Below are positions 34,149 to 43,035 of a DNA stretch of 63,953 nucleotides, piece after piece (the stretch's first letter is position 1; every line of letters begins with the position of its first letter). The notes under the pieces are model-generated. The model was not told the origin of the DNA, searched no databases, and saw nothing but the letters and a program-made list of their open reading frames with translations. Both the position numbers and the translations under genes were made by a program. This stretch comes from Minisyncoccota bacterium. GTDB lineage: Bacteria > Patescibacteriota > Minisyncoccia > Phycocordibacterales > CAINVO01. Location: positions 1 to 63,953 of the forward strand of contig JAQTMP010000001.1 in NCBI GenBank assembly GCA_028714275.1, read 5' to 3'.

Positions 34149-34472
34149 TTAGGCGACAGTGTCGCCGACCTTCAGGGTTTCGTGACCATGAACCATCGCG
34201 ACCACATGGGTAGCCATGGGAGGGACGAAGAACGCAACCGCGCTGAAGCGGTGCGCCAGGACATGGCCGAAGGCAGCTGCGACGGGAACCAGCAAAGGTC
34301 CCGTGACCTTGATGAGGCCACCGCCGGCGAGTTCGCCGTTGGTGTCCATCTCGGCCAAGCGCGCGACGGTGTCGCGAACCTTGGCGCTGGCGTCACCTTC
34401 GGCGGTATGCTTGAAGGTGATGACGTCCGCGTTGCGGGTGATCTCGACGGTGGGGGCTGTGGTAGTGTTCAT
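34149..34472 (-). CDS. Small protein resembling Csx3/Crn3 (cyclic-oligoadenylate ring nuclease family); tentative
   Basis: 107-aa ORF with strong GC3 bias inside a ~0.4-kb very GC-rich patch. GLIKVTGPLLVPVAAAFGHVLAHRFSAVAFFVPPMATHVVAMVHGHETLKVGDTV aligns by eye with my recollection of A. fulgidus Csx3 (VISGRGPIWLHCFLAHKYHHTPFVAVYDPRLGAVVVQSHSELREGDVI). Confidence 0.4.
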   Translation of the reverse strand: MNTTTAPTVEITRNADVITFKHTAEGDASAKVRDTVARLAEMDTNGELAGGGLIKVTGPLLVPVAAAFGHVLAHRFSAVAFFVPPMATHVVAMVHGHETLKVGDTVA

Positions 34473-34831
34473 ATTTATCAGAACACTACAAGGAAAACCT
34501 ATCCTACATTTCTAGAGCACAACATGTGCCCAAAGCTCCATTTCGGTAACTTTTTCGAAATACAGGACAAGTGTCTTGCAGTGTATTCTAGATATAACAC
34601 TTGTTACGTTCAGAATACACTACAAGACCTCCAGCAAACCCACCATCTCTACCTGCATCTGTTTTAATCAATGAACTCTTTATCTGATATAAGTATAGCA
34701 TATCCAGTTTATTTGTCAAGCACAATGCAATACTAAACCCTTATATATAAGCCTATTTTCACCACGATATTGACAATATCCAGTAAAGCCTATAATATAA
34801 GGCTATTATTGTTATACATATAAAACACTTT

Positions 34832-35599
34832 ATGAGCACCAAATTATTGGAACAAATTGGTTTAACAGGAGAGCAGGCACGGGTATACTCTTGCCTTGTC
34901 TCTTCAGGAACGCTACAGGCGAGAAAAATTGCCTCTGAAAGCAGGGTAAATCGTAGCCTTGTATACAAGATATTGAAGCAGCTTATTGAATTTGGCTTGG
35001 TTATAGAGAATGCTTCCCCCGGCTCTGTCAGTACCTTTACCGCACTCCATCCTTCCAAGCTCCACATTATCGTCAAAAGAAAAGAAGATGATCTCAAAAT
35101 TGCTGACCAGGCACTCCACGAAGCGGTGAGCAGCCTCGGCGCTCAGTTCAATCTTACGTGTGGGAAACCATCGGTACGATTCTATGAAGGACTCGATGGA
35201 ATAAGAATCTTGAACAAGGACATTATCCATAGTAAATCGGATATCAAATTGATACGCTCACCATTCGACAACAATACGGAGGAGCTCGATGCTAAGGCGA
35301 AGAAGCTTCTTGAGGAACGGGCGCAAGCAGGAATAAAGACCAGATTGATCGTTCCTATAAAAAATACCCCTTCTTCTATATCGCAGGAATGGGATAAAAA
35401 TAATCTGATCGAGCGTCGGCGCGTTCCACGAGAAGAACTCCTGAACTCTGCGCAGGTCATCGTCTATGCGAACAAAGTCGCCTTCACGTCTTTTAGCGAT
35501 TGCATGATTACAACCATCATAGAAGATAAAGGCATTGCTGATACCTGCTCGATGCTCTTTGAAGCATTGTGGGCCAAGTACGAATATAATAAAATATAA
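34832..35599 (+). CDS. TrmB-family transcriptional regulator
   Basis: The N-terminal winged helix LEQIGLTGEQARVYSCLVSSGTLQARKIASESRVNRSLVYKILKQLIEFGLV is typical of TrmB. Confidence 0.7.
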   Translation: MSTKLLEQIGLTGEQARVYSCLVSSGTLQARKIASESRVNRSLVYKILKQLIEFGLVIENASPGSVSTFTALHPSKLHIIVKRKEDDLKIADQALHEAVSSLGAQFNLTCGKPSVRFYEGLDGIRILNKDIIHSKSDIKLIRSPFDNNTEELDAKAKKLLEERAQAGIKTRLIVPIKNTPSSISQEWDKNNLIERRRVPREELLNSAQVIVYANKVAFTSFSDCMITTIIEDKGIADTCSMLFEALWAKYEYNKI

Positions 35600-35602
35600 A
35601 TT

Positions 35603-36193
35603 ATGAAATATACTCCTCTTATAGAAAAAGCTATACAGACCTCTGCTCATGCTCACAGAAAACAATACCGTAAAGGCAATCCAGACCTTCCTTATATCAG
35701 CCACCCATTCTCTGTCTTTGTTATTCTTTCAGAATATACCACCAATGAAAACGTGCTCATTGCAGGTCTGCTCCACGATATACTTGAGGATGCTGACCCT
35801 TCCGAATATTCTGAGGCTGCACTAACTAAAGATTTTGGAGAAAAAATAGTTTCTATCATCAAAGAAGTATCTGAGGAAAAAGACGGGGACCTCGAAGAAT
35901 CAGACGCAAAAAGTAATTGGGAGGAAAGAAAGATTGCCTACCTTGAGCATTTAAAGACGTCATCTCCGGAAGCACTTATGGTTTCTTCAGCGGACAAATT
36001 GCATAATATAGAAAACACACTGGTTGATTATAAAAAATCGGGATCAATGATATGGGAAAGATTTAACGCACCAAAAGAAAAGCAGATTTGGTTTTATAAA
36101 GAATTTAACAAAATAATCACAGGAAGACTAAGTAACGAGATCGCACAAAAATTTGCTACTATTGTTACTGAACTAGAGAAGGTTATTCAGTAG
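35603..36193 (+). CDS. RelA/SpoT-type HD-domain hydrolase (small alarmone hydrolase-like)
   Basis: AHAHRKQYRKG...PYISHPFSV...GLLHDILEDA motifs of the (p)ppGpp hydrolase HD domain. There is no synthetase domain. Confidence 0.75.
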   Translation: MKYTPLIEKAIQTSAHAHRKQYRKGNPDLPYISHPFSVFVILSEYTTNENVLIAGLLHDILEDADPSEYSEAALTKDFGEKIVSIIKEVSEEKDGDLEESDAKSNWEERKIAYLEHLKTSSPEALMVSSADKLHNIENTLVDYKKSGSMIWERFNAPKEKQIWFYKEFNKIITGRLSNEIAQKFATIVTELEKVIQ

Positions 36194-36980
36194 GAGAAGG
36201 CTCACCTGAAGACTCTTTTCCTAAGTTAATCACAAAACGTGAGAATGCTTGAATTGTCTCACGGGTTCCAAGAGACTCGCCTCTTTCAAGATGATGGACT
36301 GAGCCACGAAACACACCGTCTTCTCCGACACCCTCAACAAGATCTTCTGTTCCTTTGTAATCAGAATATACCTCTGCAATTACAGGTATACCCAGTGTGG
36401 TAAAAAATTCTTTCCATTGCCCCGGCAAACCGTTTTCAACAGATGTTTGACCAGAAAGAATGACGGCAGCGTTTGCCCCCGAGCATATCTTTTCATTCTC
36501 TGGAGAGATAACTCCTCCGATATCAATAAAATTAAGAGGTAAATTGATTTTTTTAACCGAATCCTCAATTCTTTTTGCAAACTCTGGAGTAAATTTTGAC
36601 TTATATTCCGCCTTGAGTTTTGCAGCCATTTCAGGATCAGCATTCATAGCTTCTTGAAACCAAGAACCTTCTCCGTCTGGACAAGCTGTTAATATGTATG
36701 GGTAAGGAGCACCTGGGGTACTTGCGATTGAGCTCTTAACACCCTGACGAAAGCATGATTTTCCTGAACGCTGTGGTCCTGCCAGTACTATCTTTTTTGC
36801 TTTCAACATCTCTTTTCCATCTGGTGTTTGCAAAAAATCGACCAAGCGAATACCTTCAACTTTTGATGTTGATTCTTTAAGCAAATCAAGTCCTTCTCTT
36901 CCTGTAAGGATTCTCTCGACAGCACCCTCTTGCTGTTGTTCCTGTAAATTTTGTAGTTGAGGTTGCTCTTGAGATTTCAT
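36183..36980 (-). CDS. P-loop NTPase of unknown family
   Basis: Walker A VLAGPQRSGKSCF, then ACPDGEGSW and FIDIGG. 265 aa with a Gln-rich N-terminus. Confidence 0.5.
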   Translation of the reverse strand: MKSQEQPQLQNLQEQQQEGAVERILTGREGLDLLKESTSKVEGIRLVDFLQTPDGKEMLKAKKIVLAGPQRSGKSCFRQGVKSSIASTPGAPYPYILTACPDGEGSWFQEAMNADPEMAAKLKAEYKSKFTPEFAKRIEDSVKKINLPLNFIDIGGVISPENEKICSGANAAVILSGQTSVENGLPGQWKEFFTTLGIPVIAEVYSDYKGTEDLVEGVGEDGVFRGSVHHLERGESLGTRETIQAFSRFVINLGKESSGEPSPTE

Positions 36981-37006
36981 GACTTAATAATAACATGAAC
37001 AATACG

Positions 37007-37993
37007 CTATTCGCGAGGCTTAAGATGCTTTTCCACGATTCCTATTACCTGCTCTGGAGAAAGTTCTGAGCTCTTTCCTTGTGGACTTCCGATGATGGTA
37101 GGTGATCCGCCCCATCCTTCTTCGAGTTGCGCCAGTTCATTTTTTGCAGCGACAAGATCGGCCCATGTTCCCTCATACTGACAGACGGTATATTTCTTGT
37201 ATGCGTCGCCAGGTCCTTGCTTGAACGTAGGATTAAAGGCAACGACGACTGGAGCTTGAGAATATCCGAGAGATGTTCCTGCGCGATGTGAGCTTTCTAC
37301 ATATGCAATGTTTCCATCGGCAACCACTTCTATTTTTATAGCTCCTTTTTCAAGTGCAGCTACCATGTCAGCTCGCTCAGCCTCCACTTTTTCTCGATAA
37401 CCAGCTGGCTCAGTTCCGACAGTGAGATATTCTTCCATTGATTTTACTCTGTCAGCTAGAGGTGCTTTGAAATCCATTACTCGAGCGGCAATACCGGCAA
37501 GCGACTCAGTTTCAGAAGCACTCCCTGATGCAGGCCAAGGATTTTCCTTGCTTGGTAAATCAGTTTTACCCGGCCATCCACCTCGAGCAAATTTATCAGT
37601 CGTTGCAATTTCCTGAATACGAGCAGCCATCTCTGGCGTGACTTGGCCTCCGCTTGCACGATATTTTATAAGAGCCATTGCTCCAAGAGCGTCGAGATCT
37701 GCTCTTACTGTAACCATGGATGCTTCGCTCGCGGGAAGGTCTAATGTTTGAGCGACTTCAATAGCTGCAAGATCTACATTTCCATCCGAGTGTTGAGGGT
37801 CGATATTTCCGAGCGTACATTTTTCAGCATAGGCAGGAATAGTGACTTCGATGCCGAGGACTCCGTGAGGATTTTCAAAGAGCTTTTCATTTGCTGCCTT
37901 CGCGTCAGGGATGGGCCTAGGGTCGATCAGTCCGTACTGATAATCTTTAAATTGCTCTCGTGATTCAAAACCTTGTGTGGGTGATTCGTTCAT
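37007..37993 (-). CDS. Hypothetical protein
   Basis: 328-aa ORF, co-oriented and tightly spaced with the P-loop gene. No motif recognised. Confidence 0.5.
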   Translation of the reverse strand: MNESPTQGFESREQFKDYQYGLIDPRPIPDAKAANEKLFENPHGVLGIEVTIPAYAEKCTLGNIDPQHSDGNVDLAAIEVAQTLDLPASEASMVTVRADLDALGAMALIKYRASGGQVTPEMAARIQEIATTDKFARGGWPGKTDLPSKENPWPASGSASETESLAGIAARVMDFKAPLADRVKSMEEYLTVGTEPAGYREKVEAERADMVAALEKGAIKIEVVADGNIAYVESSHRAGTSLGYSQAPVVVAFNPTFKQGPGDAYKKYTVCQYEGTWADLVAAKNELAQLEEGWGGSPTIIGSPQGKSSELSPEQVIGIVEKHLKPRE

Positions 37994-38086
37994 ATGGGAT
38001 AAATTAATTTATAAATTTAAGGATAAATATTAAAATCGTATGTTGAAATTGTAACAAAATTCAGACTATAACCATAACTTTTTTAG

Positions 38087-38160
38087 TGTTTCAAATTCAA
38101 AACAAGCAAGACAAACTCTTTCAGAAATAGGCCAATACTGTTTTTGAATTTTTACAAAAA
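38087..38160 (-). promoter_or_regulatory. Shared upstream motif pair, copy upstream of the 328-aa gene
   Basis: GTTTCAAATTCAAAACAA (from 38089) and TTTTTACAAAAA (from 38149), start to start 60 nt apart. The same pair recurs at 39821/39883. Confidence 0.35.
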
Positions 38161-38254
38161 GTTATCCTGATCCTTTCACGGTCCGCTGGCTAACAATTTA
38201 CAAAATCTTATCCGAGAATTTAAAAAGATGGGTTAATTTTTTATATCTAAAGTA

Positions 38255-39688
38255 TTACCATATTTTTTCTCCAACTGGCATAGGTCGGGTCCCTCTTTCT
38301 ACTCCTAGACCGAGCGGATCATCTTTCTTCAAGATACCATCCTCAACGATTTTTTTCTGAACAGCCACTGTACCATCTGGCCAAATATGGTAACCGGGCA
38401 TACATGCCATCACATCATGATCTTTTTCTCCATGCTCTGACTTTACATGTCCTGAATAATTTGAGACTTTTCCCGTGTTTATACGGATCTTTTTTAAATC
38501 ATCACTATTAAGATGCTTTTCAAGCTCTTCCCTCATAGTGGATACAAAATCTTTATCACCAAAAAGTATAACTTGCGGGCCTAAGGGTAATAAAGTCTTG
38601 ATCGTGTTAATTGTATCGACTATATATGTATCCATTCTATTTCTAGCCCTTATTTCAAATTGATTTACTGAAATCCTTGTATTAAAAAAATATTCTGTTC
38701 CAAGATTTACTATTTTTTGAGCTGCATTTTGCGCAACATGGTCCGTTTTTGACCATCCAGCAGTAGTTATGTGAAGAGGTCTTTTTTTTGTGGCTAAAGC
38801 TAAAGCGACATCCCCAAAATCCGCAGGCGACCCATCTACATGTGAGAAGTTGTTGTCTTTATAATCAAATGGATCACTGTCATAGTAATTCGCAATAGAC
38901 CAGAAAAGTTGACTGACATGAAAAGGAAAACCACTACCTCTTGTAAGATCTGATAGAAAATATTTCCTATCGTATCTTAATCCTGACTTGTTCACAGCCT
39001 TTATTGTTGTAGACACGAGCTCAGGGGTTTGTCGCATCTGATTTTCAAAATATTCTTCAATAAGTGGAAATTCTCTTATTAAACTTATAAGATATTCATT
39101 GGCTTTGTCTACATCATTATCAAAAAAGTCTGATAAAGCCTTCCTCGCTAATGGCCTAAAATCCGATTGGAGTTTCTTCCTCTGTAGATCCCAATCATCT
39201 CCAAACTTATCATCATACATAAACGAGCTATCGAAATTTAGTCGGCACCCAAGTTCCTTGCAAAAAGCAACCCATTCTTGCACTACTTGATTTTCAACTT
39301 CTTTCATCTGTTCTCCAATCTTTAAAATCGCCTGGTACGGCATCGTTTCTACCGTTCTAGAAGCCCCTGCCGCACAGAAAGTACAAGCATGTCGACAGCC
39401 TTTTGTTATTTGTACATTAGCTAACTTCATTCCCAACAATTCACGTCTATCTGGTATATCTAGATCTTCAAAATATTCTAGATGCGGGTTTTCTACCGTA
39501 GGAAGATTCTCGGGTAAAATGTCAGTTACTTCTTGATTACTAAGACTGTTTTTTACCTCGACCCCTCTTTGACTAAGAGGAAAACGTCTTTCCGTCAGAG
39601 ATCTCGATATTTTCTTTATCAACTCAGGACTGCTTTGAGAGTTACTCTCTACTCTTGGTAGATTTTGTTCCTGAACAGATTCTTTCAT
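38255..39688 (-). CDS. Radical SAM protein with large insertion after the cluster motif
   Basis: CX3CX2C in ITKGCRHACTFCAAG. About 200 aa later come NYYDSDPFDY and HITTAGWS, reminiscent of SplB-like TDP/TK motifs. 477 aa. Confidence 0.6.
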   Translation of the reverse strand: MKESVQEQNLPRVESNSQSSPELIKKISRSLTERRFPLSQRGVEVKNSLSNQEVTDILPENLPTVENPHLEYFEDLDIPDRRELLGMKLANVQITKGCRHACTFCAAGASRTVETMPYQAILKIGEQMKEVENQVVQEWVAFCKELGCRLNFDSSFMYDDKFGDDWDLQRKKLQSDFRPLARKALSDFFDNDVDKANEYLISLIREFPLIEEYFENQMRQTPELVSTTIKAVNKSGLRYDRKYFLSDLTRGSGFPFHVSQLFWSIANYYDSDPFDYKDNNFSHVDGSPADFGDVALALATKKRPLHITTAGWSKTDHVAQNAAQKIVNLGTEYFFNTRISVNQFEIRARNRMDTYIVDTINTIKTLLPLGPQVILFGDKDFVSTMREELEKHLNSDDLKKIRINTGKVSNYSGHVKSEHGEKDHDVMACMPGYHIWPDGTVAVQKKIVEDGILKKDDPLGLGVERGTRPMPVGEKIW

Positions 39689-39817
39689 AAAATTATTTTT
39701 TGGTATGCCTTTCTACAATTTCAATCACTTGATCAGACGAAGGTACATACATAAATTTTTAATCTAATACTTATAAAAGGATTATACCAAAATCTAATCT
39801 AATTCACATCCAGTTTT

Positions 39818-39894
39818 CTTGTTTCAAATTGAGAACAATAGAGAAATATTCTTTATAAAAACTGGATATTACTGTTATCTGTTTTTTACAAAAA
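39818..39894 (-). promoter_or_regulatory. Shared upstream motif pair, copy upstream of the 477-aa radical SAM gene
   Basis: GTTTCAAATTGAGAACAA and TTTTTACAAAAA, start to start 62 nt apart. The pair lies about 130 nt upstream of the ATG at 39688. Confidence 0.35.
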
Positions 39895-40097
39895 TAGTAC
39901 CTAGTACCAATAAGACTGTACCCCTCCCATAGGCATTCAAATCCGGGACATAAGAAATTTACCAGCGACTGAGGGGCTAGAGATTGTGACAAGGAAACAG
40001 ATCAACAGCCAGTCCCTAATGAGATCATCGAAGATCAAGCTATATATGAAATGCATAAAACTTTATTTAATTTTACCTGGAATAAAGCTGATAAAAT

Positions 40098-40856
40098 CTA
40101 ATTTATTCTCCACATTTTTTCTCCATCCGACTCAAATCTCTCTACGCTAGACGAAGATGCCCTCCATTCATCCGCAGGCAGTTTTAAATAATCCCGTATT
40201 GACTGGCTCACCCCATCCGAAAAAGTAAAAACGGTTTTTCCATATACCAAACGACTGACAATGATTCCTTCACGCATTTCTCGCCGAGCGCTGGAAAAAA
40301 TCCGATCTGGAAAAAGAATTTCGAGATAGATGTCACGTTTTTGATCTAAAACAATCTTCATGCCTTGAAGGGCGATTTTTGCTTCAAGCTTTTTTTCTGA
40401 GAGACTGCTCATCACAGCCTCGATCGCTCGCTGATCCGATGTCGAGCTCGCCTCCGAAACCGATGCTGTATTTACATTTAAAAAAGGCGCGAGCACTTTA
40501 CCCACATCGTACCGCTCCGCCACAGAAGGAAAACCGCCAATATATTTTCTTTTCATTTCGGTCAGAATGACTGCGTCAATCTTGTACTGATAGATTGGCA
40601 AACTCCGGCCGAGGATAGACAAGGCTGCTCGATCCTCGTCGCCCGCATTGATCAAAACCCTCACCCCATTTGGAGCTTCTATCAGCACCAACATATTTTT
40701 ATTTTTAGCCGTGCCGAGATTAAAAAACGAAACCCGCAGATGGGCTTGCGGCCACTCCATCCACACCAAATAACCCCCGAAAATAATGGGTAAAAAAGCC
40801 ACCAGAAAGACAAGCCAAAAGCGCGGTGATATACTGCTAGTGTCTTTGTTAGCCAT
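40098..40856 (-). CDS. Membrane-anchored ComEC-C-terminal-like metallo-beta-lactamase-fold protein (His motif degenerate)
   Basis: N-terminal TM, then VLINAGDEDRA...IDAVILTEMKRKYIGG where ComEC MBL domains carry THxDxDHxGG. Confidence 0.5.
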   Translation of the reverse strand: MANKDTSSISPRFWLVFLVAFLPIIFGGYLVWMEWPQAHLRVSFFNLGTAKNKNMLVLIEAPNGVRVLINAGDEDRAALSILGRSLPIYQYKIDAVILTEMKRKYIGGFPSVAERYDVGKVLAPFLNVNTASVSEASSTSDQRAIEAVMSSLSEKKLEAKIALQGMKIVLDQKRDIYLEILFPDRIFSSARREMREGIIVSRLVYGKTVFTFSDGVSQSIRDYLKLPADEWRASSSSVERFESDGEKMWRIN

Positions 40857-40873
40857 AATTTAATTTAAAATAT

Positions 40874-41482
40874 ATGCACACCTATCTTGAAAAAAAATTT
40901 AAAATTCCTGCTCTTGCGGGTATTTCTTCAAACACCATCACTGAGCATCTCAAGCTCTATGCTGGATACGTCAAGCATAGCAATCTGATTCTGCAAAAGA
41001 TTTCCGAGCTATCGGCTACGCCAGAAGCAGCGGAAAAAAATGTCTACGCTATTGGTGAGCTCCGTCGACGCTTTGGCTTCGAATTTGACGGTATGCGCAA
41101 TCACGAATATTATTTTGCGCAGTTTGAAGGGGCGCCCAAGCAAGCTGATCAGAAAAGTCCTCTCTCTAAAAAAATTGCCAGTGTCTGGGGAAACTTTGAT
41201 GCATGGTTTAAGGAATTTAATACCCTCGCCATGACTCGCGGGATTGGCTGGGCTATTCTTTATTACGATCCAACCGCTGATACTCTCCTCAATGTTTGGG
41301 CTGATGAACAGCATCTCGGACACCTCACCGGTCTCAAGCCAATCCTGATGCTCGATATGTGGGAGCACTCATTTATGCTGGACTATCCGCCTTCAGAAAA
41401 GAAAAAATATGTTGAAGCTTTTTTTACCAACCTCAACGGCGAGGTGGTAGAAGAACGTTTTGCAGAGGCGGTCGGTAAGTAA
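40874..41482 (+). CDS. sod: Fe/Mn superoxide dismutase
   Basis: NHEYYF, GWAILYYD and LDMWEHSFMLDY signature. Confidence 0.85.
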   Translation: MHTYLEKKFKIPALAGISSNTITEHLKLYAGYVKHSNLILQKISELSATPEAAEKNVYAIGELRRRFGFEFDGMRNHEYYFAQFEGAPKQADQKSPLSKKIASVWGNFDAWFKEFNTLAMTRGIGWAILYYDPTADTLLNVWADEQHLGHLTGLKPILMLDMWEHSFMLDYPPSEKKKYVEAFFTNLNGEVVEERFAEAVGK

Positions 41483-42984
41483 AAAGCGTGATAGCCACTC
41501 GCCGCACCTAATAAAAAAATATAGGCCCCAATACTCCACCCAAAACTAAACGGGTGGAGTATTGTGTAGGCGTACGGAAGATTTGAACCAACGTCGACTA
41601 CCCCGAGCTCAAAAGCGAGTAAAATATAGGCCGCAAAAACTGACGGCAAGGCCAGAACAACCGAAACAAAAGCTGAAATCCCCATCACAAAACTAAAGAA
41701 CATGGTCAGAGGTACGAGCGGCACCACTAGGAGATTGACTGGCAGGGCGACAAGAGACACTCCGCCAGTGGTGTAGAGCAGCAGGGGCAAAGTCGCAAAT
41801 TGAGTAGAAAAAGTAGCTACGACCAAAGGCCGGATTCCATATTTTTCGGGTAAAAATCTAAAGAGATGTTCAAAGGGAGGTGAAAAAATAATGAGACCAA
41901 GAGTAGCTAAAAAGCTCAGCTGAAAGGAAGGGTTGTGAAGAAGAAGCGAAGGTGTAACACACAACATTATGAAACAGGCTGCCCACAGGGCTCGCGAGGC
42001 ATTGTAGGATCTGGAAGTTTCACGCGCGAACACAGCGATCAAAGCCATGATCACTGCGCGAATGACTGTGGCGCTGCCCCCAGCCATCAAGGAAAACAAA
42101 ACAATCCCTAAAGCCCCGGCAATGGATCCAAAAATTTTCGGAATAAAAGTCGGGAGCAAAGCAAAGACCTGCATCATGGCTTCAGCCACGATGGTGACAT
42201 TTTGACCTGACAAAACGACAATATGAATAATGCCAACCCTTTTAAATTTTTCTTGCAAATCAGCAGATAGGCTGCGCTTGCCAGCAATGACCAAGCCGCC
42301 GGCCAGCGAGCTATACGGCTCCGGCAAAAGTTCATCCAATCTCCCCAGAAAAAGTTTTTTGAATTTTAAAAGCTGACCCTTAAGAATATTGCCGTTATCT
42401 CTTGAAATGATTGCCCCGTCTCGCGCTGTAAAAAGATAATCAACATCCTGACTAGCCAAATATTCCTCGTAATCAAACCATCTGCCATCACCCGACTGAA
42501 AAGACACCGGATTTCTAAGCTGCCCCCACAACTGCAAACGATCTCCGTAACGCAAATCGGAAAGGTTGCGAGAGAAAATGGGAGTGGAGACAAGAATTGT
42601 GGCTTTAAAGGGAGTCTCGACAGAAAAAGTCACTCTGCGATTGTGGGCTCGGAGCTCTGGATCATCCACCACTATGCCCTCAAGAGTGATAGGCTGAGCC
42701 AAAAAGGCTTCTCCATTTTTCACATGGCTCTCAAGGGCGTGCCAAGTCAAAAATATTCCTAGCATTACGAAGATAAAAATAATCAAAAGGAATAATAAAA
42801 ACTTTTTGAAACGAAAATGGGCTTGAGGTAAAAAGAAAAATGAAAGAAGAAAAGTCGCGATTCCGCCTATCAATAAAATCAAAACCAGGCTGAATTTTTT
42901 ATTTAGTAAAAATCGATGGGTGTCCGCCCATACGATCGCTCCACAAAAACTAACGATGGGCATGTAGTAATACATGCCCATCAT
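41383..42984 (-). CDS. comEC: ComEC/Rec2 competence channel protein (DUF4131 + competence domains, no MBL domain)
   Basis: 533-aa polytopic membrane protein with SLAGGLVIAGKRSL...IIHIVVLSGQNV pattern. Confidence 0.75.
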   Translation of the reverse strand: MMGMYYYMPIVSFCGAIVWADTHRFLLNKKFSLVLILLIGGIATFLLSFFFLPQAHFRFKKFLLFLLIIFIFVMLGIFLTWHALESHVKNGEAFLAQPITLEGIVVDDPELRAHNRRVTFSVETPFKATILVSTPIFSRNLSDLRYGDRLQLWGQLRNPVSFQSGDGRWFDYEEYLASQDVDYLFTARDGAIISRDNGNILKGQLLKFKKLFLGRLDELLPEPYSSLAGGLVIAGKRSLSADLQEKFKRVGIIHIVVLSGQNVTIVAEAMMQVFALLPTFIPKIFGSIAGALGIVLFSLMAGGSATVIRAVIMALIAVFARETSRSYNASRALWAACFIMLCVTPSLLLHNPSFQLSFLATLGLIIFSPPFEHLFRFLPEKYGIRPLVVATFSTQFATLPLLLYTTGGVSLVALPVNLLVVPLVPLTMFFSFVMGISAFVSVVLALPSVFAAYILLAFELGVVDVGSNLPYAYTILHPFSFGWSIGAYIFLLGAASGYHAFYLPTASAKRSSTTSPLRLVKKASTYFFFSEGG

Positions 42985-43035
42985 TTTACCTACCCCGCTT
43001 AAAATTTTGATGAAGAGATGCTAAATTTGCTCAAA

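Noticed and set aside
34107-34667. 186-aa and 99-aa plus-strand ORFs and a 74-aa minus-strand ORF in the GC-rich islet
   Set aside because: Long open frames on all strands are expected in very GC-rich DNA. Only the 107-aa minus-strand frame shows GC3 bias and a protein-like, Csx3-like sequence.
39925-39965. tRNA-like fragment (GGCATTCAAATCCGGGAC...ACCA), a possible tRNA 3' end or att site marking the island boundary
   Set aside because: The flanks of the TTCAAAT loop are not complementary, so there is no T-stem. No acceptor stem or matching direct repeat was found elsewhere in the window.
41383-41482. The 100-nt convergent overlap of sod and comEC as a sign of frameshift or pseudogene
   Set aside because: Both ORFs are full length with intact motifs. 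The overlap only involves a poorly conserved-looking ComEC tail. It is reported as a low-interest observation rather than a pseudogene call.
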